From: the human T2T-CHM13v2.0 reference genome, Homo sapiens
NCBI RefSeq assembly: GCF_009914755.1
Contig: NC_060941.1
DNA length: 64,000 nt
Direction: 5' to 3' (one strand)
Shown piece after piece: positions 38,165-54,026 of this stretch (its first letter is position 1; each line of letters begins with the position of its first letter). The position numbers were made by a program, and so were the translations under genes. Below the pieces are notes generated by a model. That model made no database searches and was not told the DNA's origin. It was given only the letters and a program-made list of their open reading frames with translations.

Positions 38165-39383
38165 CTTTTGTGTCATTTTATCATGTGCACAGATTCATGT
38201 AACCACCACCATCATCAAGATACAAACCGTTCCGTCACCACAAATATCTTGCTCATTTCTTCCTGCTCCATTATAGCCCCACTCAGTTCCCATCCCACCA
38301 CCATCTCTGACCCCTGCCAGCTACTAATCTATTCATCTCTATAATTTTGTCATTTTGAGATTTTTAAGAAATTGAATTTTACGATATGTGACCCTTTGAT
38401 ATTGCCTGTTTTTAAAATGGATTATAATGCCTTTGAGGTCCATCCAAGTTATTGCATGTATCAATAGTCTATTCCCTTTAATTGCTGAGTAGTATTGCAT
38501 GGTATGGATGTCGCACAGTTTAGTTAACTATTCACCTATTATACAACATTTTGGCTGTTTCCAGGTTATGGCTATTTCAAGTAAAACTGCCTTGAACAAT
38601 CATGTAAAGGTTTTCATGTAGATAAAAGAAGTTTCATTCCACTGAGCTAAAGGCCCACAAGCACAGTTGCTGGGTCACATTGTAAGGATATGTTTAATTT
38701 TTCAAGAAACTTCCAAACTATTTTCCATACTGTCTGTATTATTTTATAATCCTACCATCAATATATGAGAAATCTACCTGTTGAGAAAGAATTATTGAAG
38801 TCTCCAGCTATAACTGTAGGTATGTCTATTTCTTCCTTCAGTTCCGTCAGGGTTTGCTTCATATGTTTTGTAGCTCTGTTTTTAGTGCATGCGCATCTCG
38901 GGTTGCTGTGTTTTCTTTGTGTAACTTTTTATCATTATATAATGTCTTTCTCTTATCTGGTAATTTTCTTTTCTCTAAAGTCTACTTTATCTTGTATTAA
39001 GGTAGCCACCCCCACTTTCCTTCCTGTAACTTTTACGTGATATATCTTTTTCTAACATTTTAGTTTCAGTGTGTCTGTATCATTATATTTGATATGTTTT
39101 AAATGAATTTCCTGTAAAAAACATATAGTTGAGTCATGTGTTTTAGTCCATTCTTCCAATATCTGTCTTTTAATTAGTGTTTGTAGACCATTTACATTGA
39201 ATATAATTATTTATCTGTCAGGGCTTAAGTCTGCCATTTTATTTTTTATTTTCTATTTGATCTCTGCTTTTTCTTTCTCTGTTTTTTTGTTTGTTTAGGC
39301 TCGATTTGGTTTTTCTTTTTTGCCTGCCTTCCTGTAGGTTATGGAACATTTTCTAAAATTCTATCTTGATTTGTCTATAGTGG
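38165..39383 (-). mobile_element. Old L1M (MC/MD-type) segments; host of the younger L1 insertions
   Basis: TTGAAGTCTCCAGCTATAACTGTAG, TAGACCATTTACATTGAATATAATT; continues after 47078. Confidence 0.7.
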
Positions 39384-39686
39384 TTTTTTTTTTTTTTTAA
39401 TTTCAATAGGCTTTTGGGGAACAGGTGGTGTTTGGTTACATGAATAAGTTCTTTGGTGGTGATTTCTGAGATTTTTGGTGCACCCATCACCCGAGCAGTG
39501 TACACTGTATCCAATGTGTCATATTTTATCCTTTGCCACCCCTCACTCTTTCCCCTGAGTCCTGATAGTCAAATGTATCATTCTTATGCCTTGGCGTCCT
39601 CTTAGCTTAGCTCCCACTTATGAGTGAGAACATATGATGTTTGGTTTTCCATTCCTGAGTTACTTCACTTAGAATAATACTCTCCA

Positions 39687-39982
39687 GCTGGGCACGGCGG
39701 CTCATGCCTGTAATCCCGGCACTTTAGGTGGCTGAGGTGGGCGGATCACGAGGTCAAGAGATCAAGACCATCCTGGCCAACATGGTGAAACCCTGTCTCT
39801 ACTAAAAATACAAAAATGAGCTGGGCGTGGTAGTACATGCCTGTAATCCCAGCTACTCAGGAGGCTGAGGCATGAGAATCACTTGAAACCAGGAGGCGGA
39901 GGTTGCAGTGAGCTGAGATCACACCACTGCACTCCAGCCTCATGACAGGGTGAGACTTTGTCTCAAAAAAAAAAAAAAAAAA
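39687..39982 (+). mobile_element. AluSc-like nested in the L1PB1
   Basis: GGATCACGAGGTCAAGAGATC; TSD AGAATAATACTCTCCA / AGAATAATAGTCCCCA. Confidence 0.92.
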
Positions 39983-40061
39983 AGAATAATAGTCCCCAGT
40001 TCCATCCAGGTTGCTGCAAATGCCATTATTTCATTCCTTGTTACGGCCGAGTAGTATTCCA

Positions 40062-40063
<2 letters not shown>

Positions 40064-40096
<33 letters not shown>
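40064..40096. repeat. (TG)n microsatellite
   Basis: Pure TG run inside L1PB1. Confidence 0.95.
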
Positions 40097-40099
<3 letters not shown>

Positions 40100-41009
40100 C
40101 ACGCCACATTTTCTTTATCTACTCGCTGATTAATGGGAATTTGGTTTGGTTCCATGTTTTTGCAATCGCAAATTGTGGTGCTATAAACGTGTGTGCAAGT
40201 ATCTTTTTTACATAATGACTTCTTTTCCTCTTGGTAGATTCCTAGTAGTGGGATTGCTGGAACAAATGGTAGATGTACTTTTAGTTCTTTAAGGAATTGC
40301 CACACTGTTTTCCATACTGGTTGTACAAGCTTACATTCCCACCAACAGTGTAAAAGTTCCCTTTTCACTGCATCCATGCCAACATCTATTATTTTTTAAT
40401 TTTTTGATTATGGCCATTCTTGCAGGAGTGAGGTGGTATTGCACTGTGGTTTTGATTTGCGTTTCCATAGTGATGTTGAGCATTTTTCCATACGCTTGTT
40501 GGCCATTTGTATATCTTCTTTTGAGAATTGTCTTTTCACATCCTTAACCCACTTTTTGATGTGATTGTTTGGGTTTGTTTTGCTGATTTGTTGGAGTTCT
40601 TTGTAGATTCTGGAAATTAGTCCTTTGTCAGATGTATAGATTGTGAAGATTTTCTCCCACTCTGTGGGTTGTATGTTAACTTGGCTAATTATTTCTTTTG
40701 CTGTGCAGAAGCTTTTTAGTTTAATTAATTCCCATCTATTTATCTTTGTTTTTGTTGCATTTGCTCTTGGGTTCTTGGTCATGAAGTATTTGCCTAAGCC
40801 AATGTCTAGAAGGGTTTTTTCTGATGTTATCTTCTAGAATCTTTATGGTTTCAGGTCTTAGATTTAAGTCTTTAATCCATCTTGAGTTGATTTTTGTATT
40901 AAATATAAGGTGAGAGAAGAGCATGCAGTTTCATTCTTCTACATGTGGCTTGCCAATTATCCTAGCACCATTTGTTGAAGAGTTTTTATGTATAGTTTTA
41001 AAAATTATG

Positions 41010-41908
41010 GGGGGAGGAGCCAAGATGGCCGAATAGGAACAGCTCCAGTATACAGCTCCCAGCGTGAGCGACGCAGAAGATGGGTGATTTCTGCATTTCC
41101 ATCTGAGGTACCGGGTTCATCTCACTAGGGAGTGCCAGACAGTGGGCGCAGGTCAGTGGGTGCGCGCACCGTGCGCAAGCCGAAGCAGGGCGAGGCATTG
41201 CCTCACTTGGGAAGCGCAAGGGGTCAGGGAGTTCCCTTTCCGAGTCAAAGAAAGGGGTGACGGACGCACCTGGATAATTGGGTCACTCCCACCTGAATAT
41301 TGCGCTTTTCGGACCGGCTTAAAAAACGGCGCACCACGAGATTATATCCCGCACCTGGCTGGGAGGGTCCTACGCCCATGGAGTCTCGCTGATTGCTAGC
41401 ACAGCAGTCTGAGATCAAACTGCAAGGCGGCAGCGAGGCTGGGGGAGGGGCGCCCGCCATTGCCCAGGCTTGCTTAGGTAAACAAAGCAGCCGGGAAGCT
41501 CCAACTGGGTGCAGCCCACCACAGCTCAAGGAGGCCTGCCTGCCTCTGTAGGCTCCACCTCTGGGGGCAGGGCACAGACAAACAAAAAGACAGCAGTAAC
41601 CTCTGCAGACTTAAATGTCCCTGTCTGACAGCTTTGTAGAGAGCAGTGGTTCTCCCAGCACGCAGCTGGAGATCTGAAAACGGGCAGACTGCCTCCTCAA
41701 GTGGGTCCCTGACCCCTCAGCAGCCTAACTGGGAGGCACCCCCCAGCAGGGGCACACTGACACCTCACACAGCAGGGTATTCCAACAGACCTGCAGCTGA
41801 GGGTCCTGTCTGTTAGAAGGAAAACTAACAAACAGAAAGGACATCCACACCGAAAACCCATCTGTACATCACCATCATCAAAGACCAAAAGTAGATAAAA
41901 CCACAAAG
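41010..41908 (+). promoter_or_regulatory. L1 5'UTR bidirectional internal promoter
   Basis: Intact YY1 motif CAAGATGGCCG at 41021; densest non-Alu CpG stretch in the window. Confidence 0.85.
41245..41460 (-). CDS. ORF0: L1 ORF0, intact 71 aa
   Basis: MAGAPPPASLPPCSLISDCCASNQRDSMGVGPSQPGAGYNLVVRRFLSRSEKRNIQVGVTQLSRCVRHPFL; ATG at 41460-41458 in GCAATGG context. Confidence 0.88.
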   Translation of the reverse strand: MAGAPPPASLPPCSLISDCCASNQRDSMGVGPSQPGAGYNLVVRRFLSRSEKRNIQVGVTQLSRCVRHPFL

Positions 41909-42925
41909 ATGGGGAAAAAACAGAACAGAAAAACTGGAAACTCTAAAACGCAGAGCGTCTCTCCTCCTCCAAAGGAACGCAGTTCCTCACCAGCAACGGA
42001 ACAAAGGTGGATGGAGAATGACTTTGACGAGCTGAGAGAAGAAGGCTTCAGACGATCGAATTACTCTGAGCTACGGGAGGACATTCAAACCACAGGCAAA
42101 GAAGTTGAAAACTTTGAAAAAAATTTAGAAGAATGTATAACTAGAATAACCAATACAGAGAAGTGCTTAAAGGAGCTGATGGAGCTGAAAACCAAGGCTC
42201 GAGAACTACGTGAAGAATGCAGAAGCCTCAGGAGCCAATGCGATCAACTGGAAGAAAGGGTATCAGCGACGGAAGATGAAATGAATGAAATGAAGCGAGA
42301 AGGGAAGTTTAGAGAAAAAAGAATAAAAAGAAATGAGCAAAGCCTCCAAGAAATATGGGACTATGTGAAAAGACCAAATCTACGTCTGATCGGTGTACCT
42401 GAAAGTGATGGGGAGAATGGAACCAAGTTGGAAAACACTCTGCAGGATATTATCCAGGAGAACTTCCCCAATCTAGCAAGGCAGGCCAACGTTCAGATTC
42501 AGGAAATACAGAGAACACCACAAAGATACTCCTCGAGAAGAGCAACTCCAAGACACATAATTGTCAGATTCACCAAAGTTGAAATGAAGGAAAAAATGTT
42601 AAGGGCAGCCAGAGAGAAAGGTCAGGTTACCCTCAAAGGGAAGCCCATCAGACTAACAGCGGATCTCTCGGCAGAAACCCTACAAGCCAGAAGAGAGTGG
42701 GGGCCAATATTCAACATTCTTAAAGAAAAGAATTTTCAACCCAGAATTTCATATCCAGCCAAACTAAGCTTCATAAGTGAAGGAGAAATAAAATACTTTA
42801 CAGACAAGCAAATGCTGAGAGATTTTGTCACCACCAGGCCTGCCCTAAAAGAGCTCCTGAAGGAAGCGCTAAACATGGAAAGGAACAACCAGTACCAGCT
42901 GCTGCAAAATCATGCCAAAATGTAA
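41909..42925 (+). CDS. L1 ORF1: L1 ORF1p, intact 338 aa
   Basis: MGKKQNRK...; REKG, ARR and YPAKLS motifs retained. Confidence 0.96.
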   Translation: MGKKQNRKTGNSKTQSVSPPPKERSSSPATEQRWMENDFDELREEGFRRSNYSELREDIQTTGKEVENFEKNLEECITRITNTEKCLKELMELKTKARELREECRSLRSQCDQLEERVSATEDEMNEMKREGKFREKRIKRNEQSLQEIWDYVKRPNLRLIGVPESDGENGTKLENTLQDIIQENFPNLARQANVQIQEIQRTPQRYSSRRATPRHIIVRFTKVEMKEKMLRAAREKGQVTLKGKPIRLTADLSAETLQARREWGPIFNILKEKNFQPRISYPAKLSFISEGEIKYFTDKQMLRDFVTTRPALKELLKEALNMERNNQYQLLQNHAKM

Positions 42926-42961
42926 AGACCATCGAGACTAGGAAGAAACTGCATCAACTAA

Positions 42962-46816
<3,855 letters not shown>

Positions 46817-47077
46817 ACAATGAGATCACATGGACACAGGAAGGGGAATATCACACTCTGGGGACTGTGGTAGGGTAGGGGGAGGGGGGAGGGATAGCAT
46901 TGGGAGATATACCTAATGCTAGATAACGAGTTAGTGGGTGCAGCGCACCAGCATGGCACATGTATACATATGTAACTAACCTGCACAATGTGCGCATGTA
47001 CCCTAAAACTTAAAGTATAATAAAAAAATAAATAAATAAATAAATAAATCAATAAATAAAATAAAATAAAAATTATG

Positions 47078-49540
47078 ATCCTTTATGTATCTTTATTAGT
47101 GGCCAATATATGTATATTGCATTATGTATACCTAACTTATCACAGTCTACTGGTATCACTATTTCACCAATTTGAGTGTAGCCCTTCTTCCGTTTATGTC
47201 CCTTTACCATCCTGATTTATAATATAATTATCTTAAACATTCTCTTACATGCATTTAGAACCACATCAAAGAGTGTTGTTTTTGCCTCAACTCTCACACA
47301 TAATTTAGAAAACTTAGGAGGAGAAGAAAAGCTTATAGTATTTAACCATGTTTTTGCTTACTATGTTTTTTCTTCCTTCCTACTGTTCCACAGTTACTTC
47401 TTCATTTGTTTTCCCTTTGTTAAGAGATCTTCCTTTAGTCATTCTTTTAGAGTAAGTCCACTGGCAACAAATTCTTAGTCTTTCTTCATGTGAAAATGGT
47501 TTGATTTCCCCTTTATTACTGAGTGATATTATGGCTGGGTATAGGATTCAAGGTTCATAGTTCTTTTCCTTTGTACTCAGAAAAAAATACTGTGTTACTT
47601 TCTTTGAGCCTCCGTGTTTTCTGATGACAAATGTGATGTTAATTGAAGTTTTTTTCCCATATAGGTAAAGTGCCATTTTTCTCTCACTGCTTTCAAGATT
47701 TTTTCTTTGTCTTTCATTTTCAGAAGTTTACCTATGATGTGTCTTCTAGTGGGCTTCTTTGGAAGTTTCCTGTTTGAAGTTCAGGATTTAGCTTCTTTAA
47801 TGTGTCAATTTATGTCTCTTAAAAGTGTGGATATTATTCAAGCATTATTTTTCAAATACTTTGCCAACCCACACCCTTTCTCCACTCCTTTCGGGCTTAA
47901 AGGGATAGAAATGCTACATATTTCATTATAATCTCACAGATCCCTGAGCCCCTGTTATTCAGACTGGGTAATTTCTATTGCTCCATGTTACAGTTTACTA
48001 ATTCTTTCTGTGCCTCTTCATTCTGTTACTGAACGCATCCACTTAGCTTTTTATTTTAGTTATTGTATTTTTCAGTTCTAAAATTTTCTTTTGAGGCCAG
48101 GTATGATGGCTCACACTTGTAATCCAAGCACTCTGGAAGTCTGAGGCAGGAGAATTGCTTGAAGCCAGGAGTTGGAGACCAGCTGGGGCAACAAAGCAAG
48201 GCCCTGTGTCTACAAGAAAAAATTAAAAATTAGCTGGGTGCAGTGGCTTGCACCTGTAGACCCAACTACTAGGGAGGCCGAGGGAAGGAGAATTGCTTGA
48301 GCCCAGAGTTTGAGGCTGTAGTGAGCTATGATCACACCACTGCAATCCAGCTTGAGTGACACAGCAAGCCCCTGTCTCAAAAATGAATAAGTAAATAAGT
48401 AAATAAAAATTCCACTTCATTCTTTTTTATATCTTTTACTTGTTTGCTAAGACTTTCTATTTCTTTGATGAGGCTTTGGGGTTTTTTAGAGCAATTTTAG
48501 TTAGGTTCCCAGCAAAATTAAGCAGAAGGTGGGGAGATTTCCATATACTCCCTGCCACCCCCTACATGCATAGCCTCGCCTGTTATCAAGATCCCCCACC
48601 AGAGTAGTATATTTGCTATAACTGATGAACCTACATTGACAAGTGATATATTATTATTACCCAAAGTTTACATTTCTTTCATTTTCATTTTTTATGTGTT
48701 TCTAGCATGTTCATAATTACTCATTGAAACATTTTTATCATGGCTGCTTTGAAAGTCTTTGTCAGATAATTTTAGGATCTCTGTCATCTTGGTGTTGATA
48801 TCTATTGATTGTCTTTTTTTCATTTGTTATGATATCTTGCTGGCTGGAAGTATGTTGAATCATTTTCAGTTGAAAGCTGGGCATTTCCCTATGATATGAA
48901 TTGTACTTAAACCTTCGGTTTTAAGGGGCTTTCTCTGGTATCACAATGGCAGGGGAAGTAGGATGTTCTACCTCGTTTCTGCCAGGTGGAGGTAGAAGCC
49001 CAGGTTCCTTACCACACTACTGTTACCACCCAATCAGGTTACTACTTGGGAGAGATGGAAGTCCCGGCTCCCAACGTAGTCTCCAATGACAGTGCATTAG
49101 TGCTGGATGATACAGTCAAAGTCCAAAAAGGGATTCTCCCCTAGACCTCTTTCATAAGCACCCCAGTGGAGAGAAGGAGTGGTGCCTCCTTACTGCCAAG
49201 CAGGGGTGAAAATCCAGACTCCCCATTTGTCCTGCACCAAAACTGCACGTGTGTGTTAGGAGGTGGTTCTTGTTAACAGCAGATAGGGATGAAAGTCCTG
49301 ACTGTACTTAGCCTTCTCCAACACCACCCCTGTGGAGGTGTTGGGCACCTTGTCATAGCCTCTCAAGGGTGGAGTCTGGGCTCCCTACTTGGCCTTTCCC
49401 ACTGTGGGTGGTGGGGGTGCTGCAAGTTTTTGTGTGGCGTTTGGGTAGAGAGAAGCAATTATTGTCTAAAAGTTTCTGTCTTGCTAATCTACACATTCCT
49501 GTTTTTTTTGGCAAGAGAGAGCAGCCTTTTGTTGTGACAA
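47078..49540 (-). mobile_element. Continuation of old antisense L1M (ORF1/5' region) with AluJ at 48094-48408 (+)
   Basis: GCTGGGTATAGGATTCAAGGTT, TCACTGCTTTCAAGATTTTTTCTTTGTCT motifs. Confidence 0.7.
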
Positions 49541-49959
49541 AAGCATAGACAGACCTTGAGGTGTAGAAATGTTCAATAACCTTTACCAATATGGGGACTA
49601 ACTTCGCAGGATTCTGGTGCTGATATTTGAAATAGATATTGTTTTTTGCCTAATCTGGTTTTTTTTTTGTTTCTTATTGCATACTAACACTACCCCCAAA
49701 ATGCATTTTGCTTTTTAAATTATCTTCCAAAACGTTGACAGTTTCTGTGTTTGTCAATTACTTTAATATTCTATATATTTTTAAATGGATGGTTGGTTGG
49801 GAGTCTCTAGACACAACACTTCACACTAAGCAAGGCTGACAGTTAAGTGATGCGGAAGCCATTATCTCACCTTTGTGCTTGCAGGCTGTGGCCTCTTGCC
49901 TTTTCCTACTTCATAATAAATAGCATTAGCATTGAGGAACTTTTTAACACCTATTGAGG

Positions 49960-52200
49960 ACAGGGTTTTTCTAATCCCCTCTCAGAGAGGCTTTTAAAAA
50001 TGAATGACTAAAACCTAACAAACATAACATACATAAAAGAGAGCTATGTAGCAATCTTACATATGAATTTAGATTCAGAAATAGCAAATAAAATACCAAC
50101 AAACCAAATTGAATGTTACAGTAAAAGAATCACCTACCATGACCAAATGTGATTTATCCCATATTATAAAATATATTATTGTAATGTATAGTATTTGTTG
50201 GTCCACGAAGAAAACATGATAGTGTCATTAGATGCTGAAAGGGCATTTGATAAAATTCAGCATTTATTTATGAGATTTATTCTGAGATAACTAGAAATAG
50301 AAAGATGTCTTCTTTAAATAATAAATAATAGCTATCTTAAACCAAAAACCGACATCATATTTAATATGAAATACTCTTGGCATTCCTCCTAAAATCATGA
50401 AAGAGGCAATCATACTAAAACCATTATACAATTACTCTAGATGTAGATATTCCAGACAAGGCAGTAATATATATATATAAAAAAAGAAGAGCTGTAACTA
50501 CAAAATCACCATTTACAGACAATATAATTTTTTCACTTAGAAAATTCAAGAGCATTATCTTTGAACTTATCAACAGATCAGACACTTGGTAAATATGTAA
50601 AACATTCATACTATTTCTATAAACAAGTGAAAGCTAATTAGACGGTTGAATTCTTTAGAATATTTCACTCCTGATAGTACCAGAAAATATAAAATACTTA
50701 GGAATAACCCTAAGAAGAAAGATATAGAACCTATGTAAAGAAAACTATGAAATTCTACAGAGTGATTAAAAAATTATTTACATGAATTAACAATATATCA
50801 TGTTCTGAATAAGGAGACTGATTATTTTAACAATTGAAGGTATTTTGAAATTAATTCAGAACTTTTATGCAATCCCAGTCAAAATGCCAGTGGATTTACA
50901 ATATTGATAAAATTATTCTTTAGTGTATCTGAAAGTATACAGGCAAGAATTGCTAAGATAACTTTTTAACTTGACAATAAGTAGGAATTTCACAACATTT
51001 TATTGTGAAAAATTTCAAACTTACAGAAAATTTTAAATATAGTACAGTGATTATATAAACATTTTCACTGGATTCAACAATTGCTAACATTATGTGACAT
51101 CTGTCTACACAAAGGAGAAATTTAAATAAAAATGAATAAATGGTGTTCTGTTGTAAATGCGATATCAGCTACAAACCCATATCTTTCCTTTCCCTTAAAA
51201 CACCTCCTCAAAAGAATAACTATATTTGCTATGAGCAGTTTTTAATGTGTATGTGCATATACACATTCATGCTCGCTTTTCCCTTTAACTCCTTATTATG
51301 AAACATTTCAAATATATGCAGATATAGAGTGAATAGCCTGATGTATCCCTGAAAATCAGGTAGTTTTGACACTTAGCAACCCATCACCAAACTAGTTTTA
51401 TATGCTACCCCGCTACTCTACCATATTATTTTGAAGCAAATCCAGATGTCATGATACTTCATTTGTAAATATTTTAGTACATATCTCTAAAAATAAGGAC
51501 TTTTTTTTAAAAAACAAAGTATTATCATGCCTGAGAAGATTAACAATAATAATGTGATATCAAATCTCCAGTTCATGTTAAATTTCTCTATCTCATTTTT
51601 AAAATCATGTTTCACATAAGACTTATACATTGCAATTGGTTGATATATTTCATAAGACTCTTTTAATATGTAAGTTTATCCTCCATCTCCTTGTTTTTAC
51701 TACTTTATAGTTTATTTATTAAGGAAACCGGGACATTTATCTTATAGCATTTCCCACAGACTGAATTCTGTTGATCTCTTGGTGTCCTTTTGTTCCTAAA
51801 ATTTCCTATAAATTGTTTATTAGATCTGGGAGATTGGTTTGATCAAATTTTATATTTTAGCAAAAATATTTCATGATTTTTGTAAAGGTTTCATGGGCAC
51901 TTGAAAAAAAGGGGTTTATTTTCTCTTTTCAGCATACAGAGTTGCAATTTCAACAGTTAGATTTACCTCATTGGTTACGTTACATGCTTTCTGAGAGAGA
52001 GAGCTAGAGATGTAGATATATAGATATATCAGCTGTTATGGAGTTAAAAATCATGAAGTTAAAATCTCATGCTAATAATATTTTTCTGTATTTTTCCTTA
52101 TATTCTATAGTTTTGCTATATGATGTCAACATTGTATTATTTGATATATAGATAGTCATAATTGTTAGAGTATCATCGTAGAATAAAATATACCTGTTAA
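49960..52200. mobile_element. Ancient L1ME ORF2 remnant (+, about 49960-50960) followed by L1MC-type 3' fragments (-)
   Basis: CCATGACCAAATGTGATTTATCCC, GATGCTGAAAGGGCATTTGATAAAATTCAGCAT (DAEKAFDKIQH-like), AAATACTTAGGAATA (KYLGI). Confidence 0.7.
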
Positions 52201-52519
52201 CATTTCTAGGTGTCCTCTTTTCCCCCTTCTTTAATGCTTTTGTCTATTTAAGATTGTAACCACTGCTTTGCATTTTAATGAACTTAGAAGAGTACAAAAC
52301 TGTGCAAAAAGTATTATGAAAAATTATGCAGTTGTGGATTTATACAACTTTATGGTATTCATTCATGGATGACACGAAGGAAACAGATCAAATTGTAAAT
52401 AGTGTTTAACCTCCAAGTGATAGGATTATGAACAGTTTTAATTTTCTTCTTTAAAGTTTTTCCAAAGTTTTCTTTGGTGAGCCTGTGTTATTATAAGGCT
52501 CAAAAACATCTATTTTATA

Positions 52520-52811
52520 TGTGTGTGTGTGTGAGACGGAGTCTTGCCGTGTCACCCAGGCTGGAGTGCAGTGGCATGATCTCAGCTCACTGCAATTTCC
52601 GCCTCCCGGGTTCAAGCAGTTCTCTGCCTCAGCCTCCCAAGTGGCTGGGATTACAGGCGCCTGCCACCACGCCTGGCTAATTTTTGGATTTTTAGTAGAG
52701 ACGGGGTTTCAACATCTTGGTCAGGCTGGTCTTGAACTCCTGACATCGTGATCCACCCGCCTCATCCTCCCAAAATGCTGGGATTACAGGCGTGAGCCAC
52801 TGTGCCCGGCC
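52520..52811 (-). mobile_element. AluSg-like with tail converted to (TG)n
   Basis: TSD CAAAAACAT. Confidence 0.92.
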
Positions 52812-53726
52812 AAAAACATATGATTTTTACAAAAGAAAATTTAAGAGAAAGTATGCAAAGATAGATTGATTTTCTTAATATTTTCAGCATAGTCTTGCCA
52901 CAGCTGAAATAGGAAGAGTATTGAACAGTCTCCCTTCCCCCAGTTTTAATCACAACTAAAATCATACACATGCATCTTCCAGTGACGCATTTGAAATGGT
53001 GAAATCTGATTGCTAGAAATTGTGATGTGAATAAGTAAAAATTTACTAGAGTCTCTGATATGACTTGAGGATTAGAAGTAGAATATAGGAGGCCTTCTGA
53101 AAATCTGTCTCACATTCACTCAGGCTGCCCTTGGTTTTGAGCCAGATAACAAACCTTTCAGTTGAATTTTTTCCATCCAGACACTGGCTTAAATGAAGGT
53201 ATACTGAACTTGGAGATGTCATTTCAGCATTTGGCTGGAAGAGCTGTTGTAGAGGAGCTTCTTTAGATAGGAAGCCATGAGGGAATTCTCTGAGTACATG
53301 CATTTTCACACATCTGCTAATGCAAAAGCCCCGTGTGAGCATTAGTACTCAGGAATGTGATGTGGATTCGAGATGATCTCCACAGGATTTTGGCAGGTCA
53401 GAACAAACATTATCTTGCTCCCATATGTTTTTGTAGGATCTTGAAAGGGAAATCATATACATTTCCTTAAACTCACATGCTGAATTTTCCCACATAGACA
53501 AAAAACAAAACAAAACAAAAAACCATCTCAGCAAAAATAAATTCAAGAATATGTATATATGATGTTCATATATTTAGCATCTGTTGTCAATACAGCAATG
53601 TAAGCTGATGGCTATTGGAATTCACATACAGTTTGCATTTACTTTGATTTATGTTTAAATGGCTTATCTCAGAAAACTTGACCCAAGAGATAAAGACTGT
53701 GAAAGATTCCACATTATGGGTAAGTC

Positions 53727-54026
<300 letters not shown>

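Larger units (their letters stand above)
39384..40980 (-). mobile_element. 5'-truncated L1PB1-like LINE-1 (ORF2 C-terminus plus 3'UTR)
   Basis: 3' end GGTGCACCCATCACCCGAGCAGTGTACACTGTA and poly-T at 39384-39398; minus ORFs 40408-40782 and 39940-40377 read [18 protein letters not shown] and [13 protein letters not shown]. Confidence 0.88.

Noticed and set aside
47645-47670. Recursive-splice-like TTTTTTTCCCATATAG|GTAAAG
   Set aside because: Lies in old L1 sequence and regenerates only a weak donor
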